Part shown: piece by piece, positions 25,625 to 37,233 of the stretch
How positions within the stretch are numbered: position 1 is the stretch's first letter
Layout: every line of letters starts with the position of its first letter
Position numbers and translations under genes: made by a program
The notes under the pieces: generated by a model
What the model saw: only the letters and a program-made list of their open reading frames with translations
What the model was told of the DNA's origin: nothing
Database searches by the model: none
NCBI GenBank assembly: GCA_011109175.1
Contig: RDEW01000003.1
Coordinates: 2,181,761 to 2,245,760, forward strand
DNA from: Dicyema japonicum
Taxonomy: Eukaryota > Animalia > Dicyemida
Length of the DNA stretch: 64,000 nt
Direction: 5' to 3'

Positions 25625-26130
25625 AAAGAGGAGAGTGTGGAGGTAGTGCAGAAGCGATTTATGTGAGTTATTATTCCCGAGCCTGAGCTGGCTGTTTATG
25701 CGGTGACCCTTATGTTTCAGTCTAAGACAGTAGGCATTTCGGGAAGAGTTATCTTTTTTTAGAGTCGATTTCTCTAAAAATGTTCTAGCAAGTGAGAGAG
25801 TTGTTGGTCATAGAGACCTTATCCGCAAAGCATAGCAGTTTTTGCCTTGTCCGATGCATGTCTGTCGTTTCATTAAACGCCTGTAACAGTTTAACAGTCA
25901 TTTGAGCTGTACCAATAACCGCATCAGGTCTCCAAGGTTAGCATCCTCTGGTGAATAGATAAACGCTGATAAGGGAAGTCGGCAAAATAGATCTGTACCT
26001 TCGGTAGAAGGATTAGCTCTACGTAGAACTGGTATTGAAAAAGGGAATCTGACTGTGTAGTAACAACAAAGCAGTGTGATAGCCGTTGACGGTTTTGACG
26101 CAGTGTGATTTCTGTCCAGTGCCCTAAATA
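25625..26130 (+). pseudogene. 28S (LSU) rRNA gene fragment
   Basis: Conserved LSU strings cgggaagagttatctttt, ccgcatcaggtctccaagg, ataagggaagtcggcaaaatagatc, gggaatctgactg and gtgatttctgtccagtgc. Isolated, with no rDNA unit around it. Confidence 0.9.
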
Positions 26131-27089
26131 ACAGCGTGAAGAGCTCACCTTTGGACATCTGCGTTATCGCTTAGCAATAGTCCTAAGCCTGAATCCGTTC
26201 ACTTCATCGGCACTTTTTGGCGCACAGATCTTCATTCTAAGGCTAAGTGAGACTCCGATTCGAATTGAGTCATCGTCAAAAAGTTCCCAATGCTCTAATT
26301 GAAGGTGTTGAGCCAGGCTTATTTTCAGGAGAAGTTGTGGACAACAGACAAGGAAAGTGGTGTTAATTTAAGGATTCCCGATTCTTTTCGAAAGAGTTCT
26401 GACAAAGGACATGAGATCTGCAGATGGAGGGAAAACGAATAAAAAAGAATTCAGATCTCCCGTGGGTGGCTGACTTCCAGGTCATGGAGTGTATAAATAC
26501 CAGGGTATCGGAGACCACAAGATACGGAAGGTGTGACTGTAGAGAACATCATGGAAGGATCGAATCCCAAGGTCATCAAATCTGACAGGTAGTTTGGTCT
26601 GCTTCCAAAAGTCGTAACTAAAGTTACAAATGTGCTCAGCCATTTCACGAAAGGGAGAGTCAATACAAGAGAGTTGTTTCGGGAGAGAAAAATAAGGAGG
26701 TGTCTTAAGGATTTAAGAAATTCCCTGAATGGGCAAGCTGTTCTTTTGAAGGAATAGAGAAATATGATTATCAAGGAGACACACCCAATTATGCGCCTCC
26801 TTGAGTAGATGACTTTAGTCCGCAGATTTTCGTCAGTGAAAACCTTCAGAGAGAAATGACTAGGAGACTTTGGCGAAATTACATCGGTTAGTTCAAAATT
26901 ATAGATATCACATTAATCCCTGTTCAGTTTAAGACCAACTTAGTACAAGGCAGAAACCAATAATTCTAGATCTCGGAGTCTTCCAAGGATTTCATCCACA
27001 AAATACCAGAGGATGATGAAGGAACAAAAATATTTGGCGATTTTTTTTCGATGCCTAGAATAGGTCCTTGTTCCTCATCTGTATTTTAT

Positions 27090-27500
27090 ATGCCTTCTAT
27101 CCAAGGTTTTTTGTGTAACCACCGAGTGAATATATGCCCGCATAAAGCTCTCCACATTAAGCGAGAGGTAACCCCCTAGAGTTGGCTCACAATACCATCC
27201 ATGTTACCATGTTTACTTAATTATCGTGAATTATTGCCAATACACTGTCAAAAAGTCCTATTTGTGCAATTTACCAACCTCCACATGTTTCAATTATTGT
27301 TGGGAGGTGATCTCAACTTCAATCAGTGTGATGAAGTCCTCATTGTATCAGGTACATCGACACAGGTTTATTGCCTTGTACCTTCTTTTCTCTGCTTATT
27401 GTTGTATCCACTCGAATCTCCACAGATTTGTTGGCAGCAATAGATTTCATAGGGACGAACTCCGAGCAAAGGTGAAATACCTGTTTAAGGAGGTCGGGAT
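27090..27500 (-). mobile_element. R4/Dong-like RLE retrotransposon C-terminal relic
   Basis: EIRVDTTISREKKVQGNKP...IEVEITS...AYIHSVVTQKTLD across frameshifts (PD-(D/E)xK region). Confidence 0.6.
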
Positions 27501-28029
27501 CACCTGACGGCCGTCTATTCCCTCCTAATTGTCGGTGATTCTTCATTTTAAATAAGTTTTGCGTCTCTTAGACTTTTTTATTCAGTTTTGCAGACAAGGG
27601 GGGACTTAAAGTTGTCATTTATTATTTTTTAGTAAACAGGTAGTGGTTAGTTATAGTTGCGTTTAAAATTCCGTATGTTTGCATCGTCGATAATATCATT
27701 CTGCTGCACCAAGGTCATGTCGTAGTAAATAAAAGTCATTGGTAGAAAGAAAAACCAGCAGATCAGAGAGTAGTGGAACATTCTTTCCTAGTATATTAAA
27801 GAAAGAATGCTTACTGGTAAGGATAAATCAAACATTCCTGATTTACTGCGTACTGCCATATTTGGCTTAAATTGCTGTCCCAACAAACCCAACCTTCTCA
27901 GCATTAATAAAATCACTTAAAATATTATTTAATTTTAATAATCATTTATAAGTTAAATTATTAAAAAATTAGGATTTATATGAACTTAGTGGTTATAGGG
28001 TTTTTGTTTTCTTCAATTTATAAGAGGTA

Positions 28030-28310
28030 CGGGTGACATAGTGGTTAGGTGTCGGGTTAAAGTGACTTAGGTTACGGGTTCGATTCTCGCTGCTGTTCAC
28101 CTGGTGGAAGGTTCCACGCATCTACGATACTAAAAAGGCTTGACGAGTGACGCCGTCATCAGTGGACTCTCACTGCGGAACTGGATAGTCAAAAAGGACC
28201 CACACACAAGAAAAAGAAAATAGAAGTGAAGATCATTCCTTGGTTCTACGATTAGTTAAAATTAACTGTTCTTTACTTAAATAAAGTGTGTGTCCTGCCT
28301 ATGCGGAGCT
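28030..28310 (+). mobile_element. tRNA-headed SINE-like element with structured core
   Basis: A box TGACATAGTGG and B box GGTTCGATTC; core shared with 29655-29735 and 24162-24185; 3' part shared with 24186-24230 and, inverted, 63505-63550. Confidence 0.65.
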
Positions 28311-28599
28311 AATACCACGGCTCCGTGAAAAAGGCTGTTATTATTATAAGAGGTACAATGGGATACACCTAATTTAGAGACGTCCAGTCCCTTATCGGCA
28401 TCCAAAAGGATCCATCTCTTCCCTACTCCAGTGCAGAGGTTCTCGAAATTGCGAATACTTGGAGGGAACGTGATGCTTGGATCGTCCCACTTAGACTGGG
28501 GGAACTGGATTATTATTATGGGCACGTACGCGATGCTAAGATCATGACAAAGCATGTGCAACACGAAAAGTTAACATTCGAAATAACATCGCCCATTTT

Positions 28600-29375
28600 T
28601 TTGATCCGTTGCCATGTTCCGTAGCATATCTAGATCATCCCCATTTTTAGGCACTTTCCAATCCTCCTGAGATCTTCATCTAGGATTACCGGCAGTGTTG
28701 TCCCCGGCCGGCCAAAAAATAATAGCCTATAAGACAAATACTCTTCCGTTGCTATGTTGGTAGGGGTCCCCATATCGTGGCGGAGTGTGTGTCCATACAG
28801 CCTCCATCTTGAATCAGTGGCTCAGTTCCTGTTCTCTTGTATAAGATTTCGGACGGCATTTTGAAAAAGCTTCGGGAAGAAAGAAGTGCTCGGAGATTAT
28901 TTCTGTGAAAAGAATTCAACTTTTCGAGTTCCTGCCCTGTACATGCCCATGTACCGGCATTATATAATAGGATTGGCCTCACTAGGGCAGTGCATAGTCT
29001 CATTCGAGTTTTAGGGTCAAGCCCTTTGTGCAGTAGTCAGGTTTTCTTCATTTTGTTGAAAGCAACATTAGTTAGTGTCTTGCCTCGTGTTATATCTTTG
29101 GTGTCACCGATAAGGGTATATGCGCCGGACTAGGTCCTTTCGTACAGCGAATCCAAGTCCGTAATGTTTTGATTCCCTAGAGAGAAAGATTAACTTAAAC
29201 TTTCCGTGTTGTTCTTCAAACTCCTTCGATATCTTATATGTTGAAAGGTCTTCACAAAGTTCTTTTCTTTTTCTTGCACTAGAGAGTCCTCTGACATTGA
29301 ACGTTAAAAGAGAGAAGTCATTTAGATTGCAATTTTCATGTTTTTCAGACATAACTTTCAAGAGGGACGTCACAA
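28600..29375 (-). mobile_element. internally deleted RTE LINE (APE N-terminus joined to post-RT region)
   Basis: LLTFNVRGL...YGLGFAVRK directly followed by LVRPILLYNAGTWAC, homologous to 35999-36337. Confidence 0.75.
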
Positions 29376-29582
29376 CCTCAACCTAAAAAAGTAGCTGGAG
29401 CGAACATAATGCCATATTGGTTCAATTTCGCGCTACTGCTTGGTCGAATAAAATAACTAATCCTGGTTATATCCAGATCAGTTTAAATCTATGCTAAAGT
29501 GCAATCGGGGATTCACCAAAGGAGTCTGCAATACTAAGGTCCCAAATCGACTATTTAGAAATATATTACAAAATTTAAAAAT

Positions 29583-29800
29583 TGACGCGGTGTAACGAAT
29601 GCTTGGCAAGAGGCCTGATGGCTCCTAGTTCGAATCCTACTTGTACATTTCGGTTGAAGGTTCCACGCATCTAGGATGCTTTGGCTTGACGAGTGACGCC
29701 GTCATCAGTGAACATCTCACTGCGGAATCGGATCATTTATGCGGAAGAAAAAAAAGTGAAGAATACCCTTTGGTTCTCCCTCTACGATTATTTATAATAA
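29583..29800 (+). mobile_element. second copy of the tRNA-headed SINE-like element
   Basis: B box AGTTCGAATCC; same core gaaggttccacgcatct...gacgagtgacgccgtcatcagtg...cactgcggaa. Confidence 0.6.
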
Positions 29801-29848
29801 CCGGTTTTAGTGAGGCGTATCTTTTCTCAGCAAACTATTTCTGTTGAG

Positions 29849-31160
29849 TACCTGCCATTATGGGAACCCCTCCACTGGAGTAGGTAGGAGAGGTGTCGCG
29901 ACCCGAAGGCGACACCGAGCCAAGAGTGATATTTTGACAGCTGTCATCAATGTCAATCTTGGAGATCGTGATTTCCTGGGAACCAACATCCCATCAAAAT
30001 TATTGATTGAATGTAGCGTTTTTTCATTTTATTTAAAAATTCACAAAAATGGTTGACCAAACTATTTTAAAAAGTACTATATGGCTCACCTACGACTTGG
30101 TGACGTCTGAAAGAAAAGATCTACACTTCCCTATCCGTGTAATGAGATGGACCAACAAGGAAGACCTATGCCAATGTGGAGATGTCGACCCAAACCCTGG
30201 AACTGCAAGGATAGTTCAACTGAATGTAAATGTAATCAAGAATAAGATGCTTGACCTTAGGAATTATTTGGAGAAACACCTCATCGACTTAAAAAATCTA
30301 GACTTTCCGCCAGCAATGCAACACCAAGGTTCCCGGGAATCAGTCATTCGCATCGACAGACATGGGAAACTTGGTGGAGGCCTTATTGTCATTCGTAATG
30401 GAATTCCTTATGAGGATATCACTAACTATCTATACACTCTGCTCCATGACTGTGGTAATCTTGAACTTGTGGCAACCAAAATCCGATTCCCCTTTCTCTA
30501 GCATTAGTCAACGCATCTACCAATTTTAAATAACTGTTCCTCCCATGTTCCCAGATTCTCTCACCTCACTGAAGAATGTGCTTATCTGTGGTGGCTTCAA
30601 TGCGAAGCATCCATTATGGCTAGCTGGACGGGCCCATGATAAACGGGGGAAAATGTTAATCGAGGACCTCCGCAGTCTCTGGACACTCAAAGATCCAGCT
30701 TTCTATACAATAACACCAACGAAATGATAAACCTTCATCAATCGACATCTCATTGTCATCTCCATCCCTGTCCCCTTATTGACAAATATCTTACAACCTT
30801 GCAAATTGTAGAGGATTCAAACAATATGTCGACGATGATGTTAGTCACTTGGAGTTACACACTACATCTGTAAAAATTGTTAAATGGTTCAACTCTATTG
30901 TCCACGAAGCAACGAAGCTATCTATCTCATTGTGTCGACGTCTTTCCTCATCAAGAAGATGTGGTACTTGGAAAAACCTTCTGATGAAGAACAGAGCTTG
31001 AAGAAGAATATACTCAAAATGAAGACATCGTCAGAATAAATGAGCTCAATAGAGAAATCGACAGACAAATCAAATTCACGAGTAAAAACAGTGGACGAAG
31101 CTATCACAAGATCTGTCTGCAAACCCATCTATTAGAAGGGTCTGGAGTACTATCAAATCC
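29849..31160 (+). mobile_element. 5' part of an Ingi-like LINE: 2A-like peptide plus AP endonuclease
   Basis: DLCQCGDVDPNPGT followed by RIVQLNVN, RIDRHGKLGGGL, ICGGFNAKHPLW and SSIDISL; interrupted by stops. Confidence 0.8.
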
Positions 31161-31512
31161 ATGTATCCATGCATCATTCTCGCAAAAGATTTCTTAAAAA
31201 TTAATTTTTTTATTTTTAATGTGTGCCGTGGATTATTTTTTTACGATTAGTGTGCCGCGAGAATTATTTTTTGAAAAGCTCTGGCTTAGACCCTCTAAAA
31301 TAAAAATACTCAACATCGGGCAAACAGTTCGTTTTCAAACCTGTAAGCAGCCGAAACCTCAAGATTCTAGGACCCAAACCGCTTTCATTCCCAAGTGCCA
31401 TCGTTGATAGCAAAAAAGAGAGGGGGATGTCTGATTGATCCCATTTGCAAACAATCATCATAAATGATAGTAATAAACAAATCAAACAAAATTATATTAA
31501 AAAAGTATTAAA

Positions 31513-34500
31513 TCAGTGACCATGTCGTTTTCTAGCCCTTCTCTGATTAGCGGGTAAAGTTATCCTATTTCCCTTTCTTTGTCCCTAACAAATAAAAACA
31601 AAAATCCACCTTTCTACTAAACTTCTTCCCTCGTGGAGTCCCTTTGAATTTCTCTTTCTTAGGCTTCTTGAATTCCACTTCTGACTTCTCAAAAGAATCC
31701 TCCATTTCGTCCACGTCATTTAACACAACGATTTTTCCGTCTGCGGTAACCGGTACATTGTCCCTCTTCCGTTTTTTAGCATCCGATCCACATGCTTACA
31801 TGAAAATAAGAGCTTACTAATACTCCGTCCGATCTCTGAGGGATCGGCCAAATCAACCACGTGCCCAGTATTCATAATCCTGAATCCCTTCGATCTCCTC
31901 GTGACCACAGTCTCATCATCTGAATCTGAAAGCGCACTAAGCATAAGAATTCGATTCAACCCAGTCATTGGTGGCATGTCATGTCCACAACAGGTCACAG
32001 CATCGTCTTCCTTGGAACTCTTCATGGTCGACCGACAGGATTTGGCGATATTCGACAAGACTTTGTGGAAATCTTCGGGAACAAGTTTTTTAAGCACCTC
32101 CAGACCAACCAACTTGTAAGCCTTAGTCAAAATTCGCTTTCTTTTGATCTTCACTTTACTGCTCGCATCCAACCCAGCGATGGCCATTATGGCAGGAATC
32201 TAACTAATCACAAAAAGTCCACCATCTTATAAACGTGCTTACACACGACCTGGTCGTCGAAAAACACAAAAATTGAATGCAAATATCCCAGAGTCTCCAC
32301 CATAACTGAAGAATCAGAGTGACCGAGAAGTTGAATCCCATTTTCGATGCACAAAATAATCATTTCCTCAGAGAAGGAGGCTAATCGAGTTAGAACACAA
32401 AGCAACCAGCATGCGAAGAGATCAACGACTTCAAGGCTACCAGAGACTTGCACACAATCCCAGCAGACCCAACAAGGCCCACCATTAACTTAGAAATGAG
32501 ACTATCAACCGCTTCAGTTGGGGATTTCCCTCCAGTTCGTTGAATGTACTGAAAGGCCTCATTTATGAGCTGAAGAGCACCCTCTCTAGCCTTCCTCCCA
32601 ACTTCACCTACTCCGATAACCCCCTCTGTAATAAGACTATTGAATATCTCCATGTTAAAAGAACCCATCCGTCTTGACACAGCCAAAAGACACCGAAAAC
32701 GTCCCTTTCAGTTATTTACTAGTTAAACATATTTGGCTGGTGATGAACAGCACTTGGAAGACCTTTCGAACATGAATTTCAAAAATTCATCCATATTAGG
32801 GCAAATACGCCCGAATCTGTCGAAATCCACCAAAAAATCAGCCAACAGATTATAGGCACTTTTTTGGACACCAGAATCAACATTTTCCTAAAAATAGAAT
32901 AAATCACCCTACCAACCTCTAACTTCGAGACAACACATCTCAATGTCTTGTACATATCCTCATCACTCAAATAGCTTGTCAAAATCCTCATAACGGATAG
33001 AAAACCACGCCTAAACAATTACAAAATCAAAATAACAGCGAAACGTTTTTTTCGCGACTTTCAAGATTTCCCGCTAAAAGTTCAATCTTCTCAGTCACCA
33101 TAGAAACGACAGAACTAATATTCTACAGTATAATCATGAAACTCACCTTTTTATCACAAAATGGCAACGATTCATTAATAGTGGACACATATTCAGTTCT
33201 GAGCGTCCCAGACTTCACGGAATCGCTGTTTACCAGTTGATTTAAGCAGAATGACACGAAAGTGGGCATATATTTAGCCAAGAGTTCTCCATCTATTCGA
33301 CAGTGAAGGTTGCAGAGCTTCCTTATAGATTTGAGAGCAACTCTCAAGAGCAATGATTCGGCAAAACACAAATCATGAATTCTCTGTGCCACATAGTCAA
33401 TGTTCTAAATAAGTACAAAATTACGTTTGAAAGATTTTTGGCGCCATCGCAATAACCGGGCAAAATGTTCCAAATCTGCTCCCAAATAGTGTACAAAGTT
33501 TTGGCTTCAAGAACTCGGCCAATTTCCTTGAGGATAGAAGCATTGTGGCTTATTCTATCGACCAAGGGGAGAAAATAATCAACGAAATGACCCAAATCAG
33601 CGTTCTTGACACTCTTTGCCAGTACTGGCAACATCCAACTCCGAGTGAACTTATCCACCCGATCATCGGGGTTCAGATCTAGAGGAATAGCCCTTAGCAC
33701 ATAATCGGGACCCATAAAAGTAACAGCAGAGCAGATTGCCTTCTCAACACTCTCAGCCAATTCGAACCCCTCACTTTCCCTCAGACTGGCCAACTTCGAC
33801 AACGACTAAAATAAGCATTAGAGCAACCGAATATACTAAGTCTGGACAAATGGCTCCAAAATTCTATAGTTTAGAGAATATCACAATACCGAAAAGATCG
33901 AATCAAATATCCGAAAGATTACATCAAAGTTTTCCTTATATTGCACACTCAGGCATTCATCAGTCCGGTTGATCAGTCCATTAATATTCAAACGGAGAAG
34001 GTCATGATTTAAGGAGCCCATGTCCCAAATATATCTCAATTTCCCAAAAGATTCCTAAAATAACCAAAAAACTGACCAGAATTCCCTCCAAAGACTTATT
34101 TGCCAGATCTCTGCCCCCACACAGCCCATCATACAAAAAGTCGATAGCATCATCATAAATATCAACATAGGTAAGAGAATTCAAGCTAAATATATAATAA
34201 CAACATACAAAAATGAGAATTTACAGCCTGCGGTGAACATTTGAAGAAATGGGAACACGTGTACACTATCACTGCTGTTGGGCCTAAATTGGCACAAAAC
34301 CTGGCATATAGAAACCAACTACCTTGAGGTAGCTATTCAAATTGTGAGAACTCATAATCCGTTTTTGTGACTTGAAATAGATATGCAGCAGTTTTATGAC
34401 CGCCAGACTAATCTTAGAGATGTTCAACATTAGTAGTTTTATTAACAAGTCCATTAAAGGGTACAAAGACTGGTTGATGTGCACTACAAATTCAGCGGCA

Positions 34501-35499
34501 AAGGCCAGTAAGTACAGCGTCTCCTTATTATTGGCCTCAGCTAAGGTTCAGACACAAAACATACAAATGTTCTTGTTTAAGCTGTCCACAAGGAACTTTC
34601 CAAGGTGGTCAGCGATCCTTTGGTCTTCGAGGTCTGCTATGAGCATGGACACCATTTTTCTTATTTTTTTCCTTATCTAAGAATTAAATAAAGTATAAAT
34701 TTAAAAATAAAATGCGTCCAGTACCTTGGCGTTGTGGTGTATACAGAAGGAAATAAAGGAGAGGAAGTGTTTGGGAGGAAAGTGCCACTCATCAGCAGGA
34801 ACGGCTTTTAGGCAAAATCCCAGACACTCTAGTGCCTAATAAGAATTACAAACTAAGATAACAGAATTGACGACTAGCATATCACCACCGTTCTCCTCAA
34901 CAGCTTTGACGTACACGTTGGTCAAAACTTCGTACTTCATACACAAAAGAGTGGACGGAATACTAAATAATAACAATATCTTACCTCCTAATAATCAGCT
35001 TCAGGCAGTACAGCACAGCGCCTAAATTGTCTGAATACAGCGAATTCAGCAAAATTTTAGTCTTAGTCATTAAATAAACCTACCAAAACGCCAAAATATT
35101 CCAAAGACGACTCTCCTCGTTCGTCCTTTTCTAGGAGCTTGACAGCAGTGGCTAAGACGGCGAGAATCTAAACTATTAGTGAAAATTTACTTGCTTGTGC
35201 AGCTGAGGGTTGAACTGACCAAGTTTGAAGACATTAGAGAAGGCAGAGTTGGTGCAGCCAGTCCAGTTGGTAGCCCACGTGTGGAATGTTTGGGCTGTTG
35301 TGGCTGTATGTATTGAACTCATGCATGAATTTGAATCATCATTCACCAAGAGTTTAAGAGAGTTATCTGTCTTGGATCTCCTGAATTGACTAATAGCGTC
35401 TCTGTGGTGAGTGGTTCTCGGGTTGGAGTCAGAAGCTCGTCCTTTCCCCCATTTATGGGCTTTTCCCACTCGTATTCTTTTTCTGACAACACTGACCAT
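31513..35499 (-). CDS. RRP12: RRP12-like ribosome biogenesis protein, multi-exon
   Basis: N-terminal HKWGKGRASDSNP..HR and TWATNWTGCTN; NUC173 region AVTFMGPDYVLRAIPL...RSWMLPVL...WEQIWNILPGYC; YKLVGLEVLKKLVPE. Confidence 0.93.
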
Positions 35500-35649
35500 A
35501 TCTGACACAGTGAAAAAATAACGTGTTATTTATATAAAATTAAATTTAAATATATATAATTTAAGAATATTTTTTATTGAAATTCAAATTTAAATGTTTT
35601 GAAGTTAAAATCAAAATAATTTCAAGTTATTTTATGTGAAAAAAAAATT

Positions 35650-36337
35650 AAAGGAGACTCAGGGAGACTCCCTCTCCCCCTTACTATTTGTGATATATCT
35701 CGAAGCTGCACTAAAGGATCTAAGAACTTGCTATGAAGGAAAAATAAACGAAGTCGTATACGCAGATGATGTGGATTTTATATCCGAGGATACAGAAGCT
35801 CTCACACATCTGCTGGAAAATGCACCGGACAAACTGGGGGAATGGTTCCTCATCGTTAACCGGGCCAAAACGGAAATCACGGAAATCAAAAGAATGGACA
35901 ACATCCTCAATGAACGTTGGCGACATGTTAATAAGCTTGGATCCCTACTGGGGGACACAGAAGACATCATCAAAAGGAAAACACTTGCATGAGTAGCAAT
36001 GCGAAAACTCAAAAAGGAATGGCTGAAAGGACTAGATGTCAATCTGCGGATACGCATGTACAATGCATTTGTGAAACCGATACTGACATACAATGCTGGT
36101 ACTTGGGCCTGTACAGGTGCGGAATCAATGGCTCTCGATGGGTTCCACAGAAAACAGCTTAGAGTATTATTTGGCATGCAGTGGCCAGCCAGAATCTCGA
36201 ATACCGATATTTACAAAAAATGCAAGAGTAGGCCTCTAAGCCTGGAAATCACTGACGCCCGGTGGAGACTGTTTGGTCACGTACTACGCATGGATCTTGC
36301 TGCCCCGGCTAATGTGGCGATGGTCTACAAGTTCTAA
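35650..36337 (+). mobile_element. RTE-clade LINE RT fragment with one in-frame stop (35990-35992)
   Basis: QGDSLSPLLF, YADDVD, LGSLLG and RWRLFGHVLRM, all in one frame. Confidence 0.9.
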
Positions 36338-37233
36338 TTTTCAGCACAGTACGGTCTACTCTCAGGAATGTCGTAATTTTTTTCGCCATACACTCCCAAC
36401 ATATCGATGCTACAAAAATTAAAGATCACCTGTGGTGATCTGAGCGAGAATAGAAGTGAACTAAAGTTTGTATTCTTACCCCAACTGTCCACCCCCATTC
36501 TGCAAATATTAAAACAATTGGAATTATTAGTAATCTTACAGTTAACAGATCAGGCTACAGCTACCAAAAGACAGCGAGCATTGCCGGAGAAGATAGCAAT
36601 TCCAAGGACAAAAAGACTGCATTTAATCAACTTTCTGGAATACAATTAACCCTAGTTGTACAAAAATGAACATACCTCACTAGCTACACATAGTTACGGT
36701 ACCCCCACCTAGTGATTAAAAGTTTCAATATTTCCCTCTTTTGATGACATGGTCTGATTAATTCATATGGAGACGAGAATCTCCAACTAGCCGATTAAAA
36801 ACGTACGAAGCTCTATAAAGTTCCATCGGAATCCTTTCATGTTTGGAAATTCCTGTTGATAGGGCGTCCATGACGGTGTAACTCATCAAACCCGGTCAGA
36901 GCTTCGGGCACAGGCAGCACTGAGAATCGAACTCGCAACCAACAAGTTAGCTACAGATACCCAACCACTAAGCCACTCTCTCTCGTTCTTAAAATAAGTT
37001 ATGCCAAAAATGTGTGGCTGGCTCAAGTGAGATCTCGGCACGTCGTCTTCATCTCGCGGACAAAAAAATAACATGGTCTAGTCATAATCTCAACAGAATC
37101 TCAACAGAAAAAAAAGTAGCTATATTGAAAATATGTTCACACCTACGTGAGTTAAATTAAATCTTATTTTAAAATAATTCTTAAATTTAATTTTGAATAA
37201 ATAAAAAGCAAATACAATCTACCTCTTGTGCCT

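Noticed and set aside
28030-28100. Functional tRNA genes (also 735-790, 16330, 29585, 61085)
   Set aside because: B boxes, usually with A boxes, are present, but I could not build acceptor and anticodon stems. Treated as SINE-like heads.
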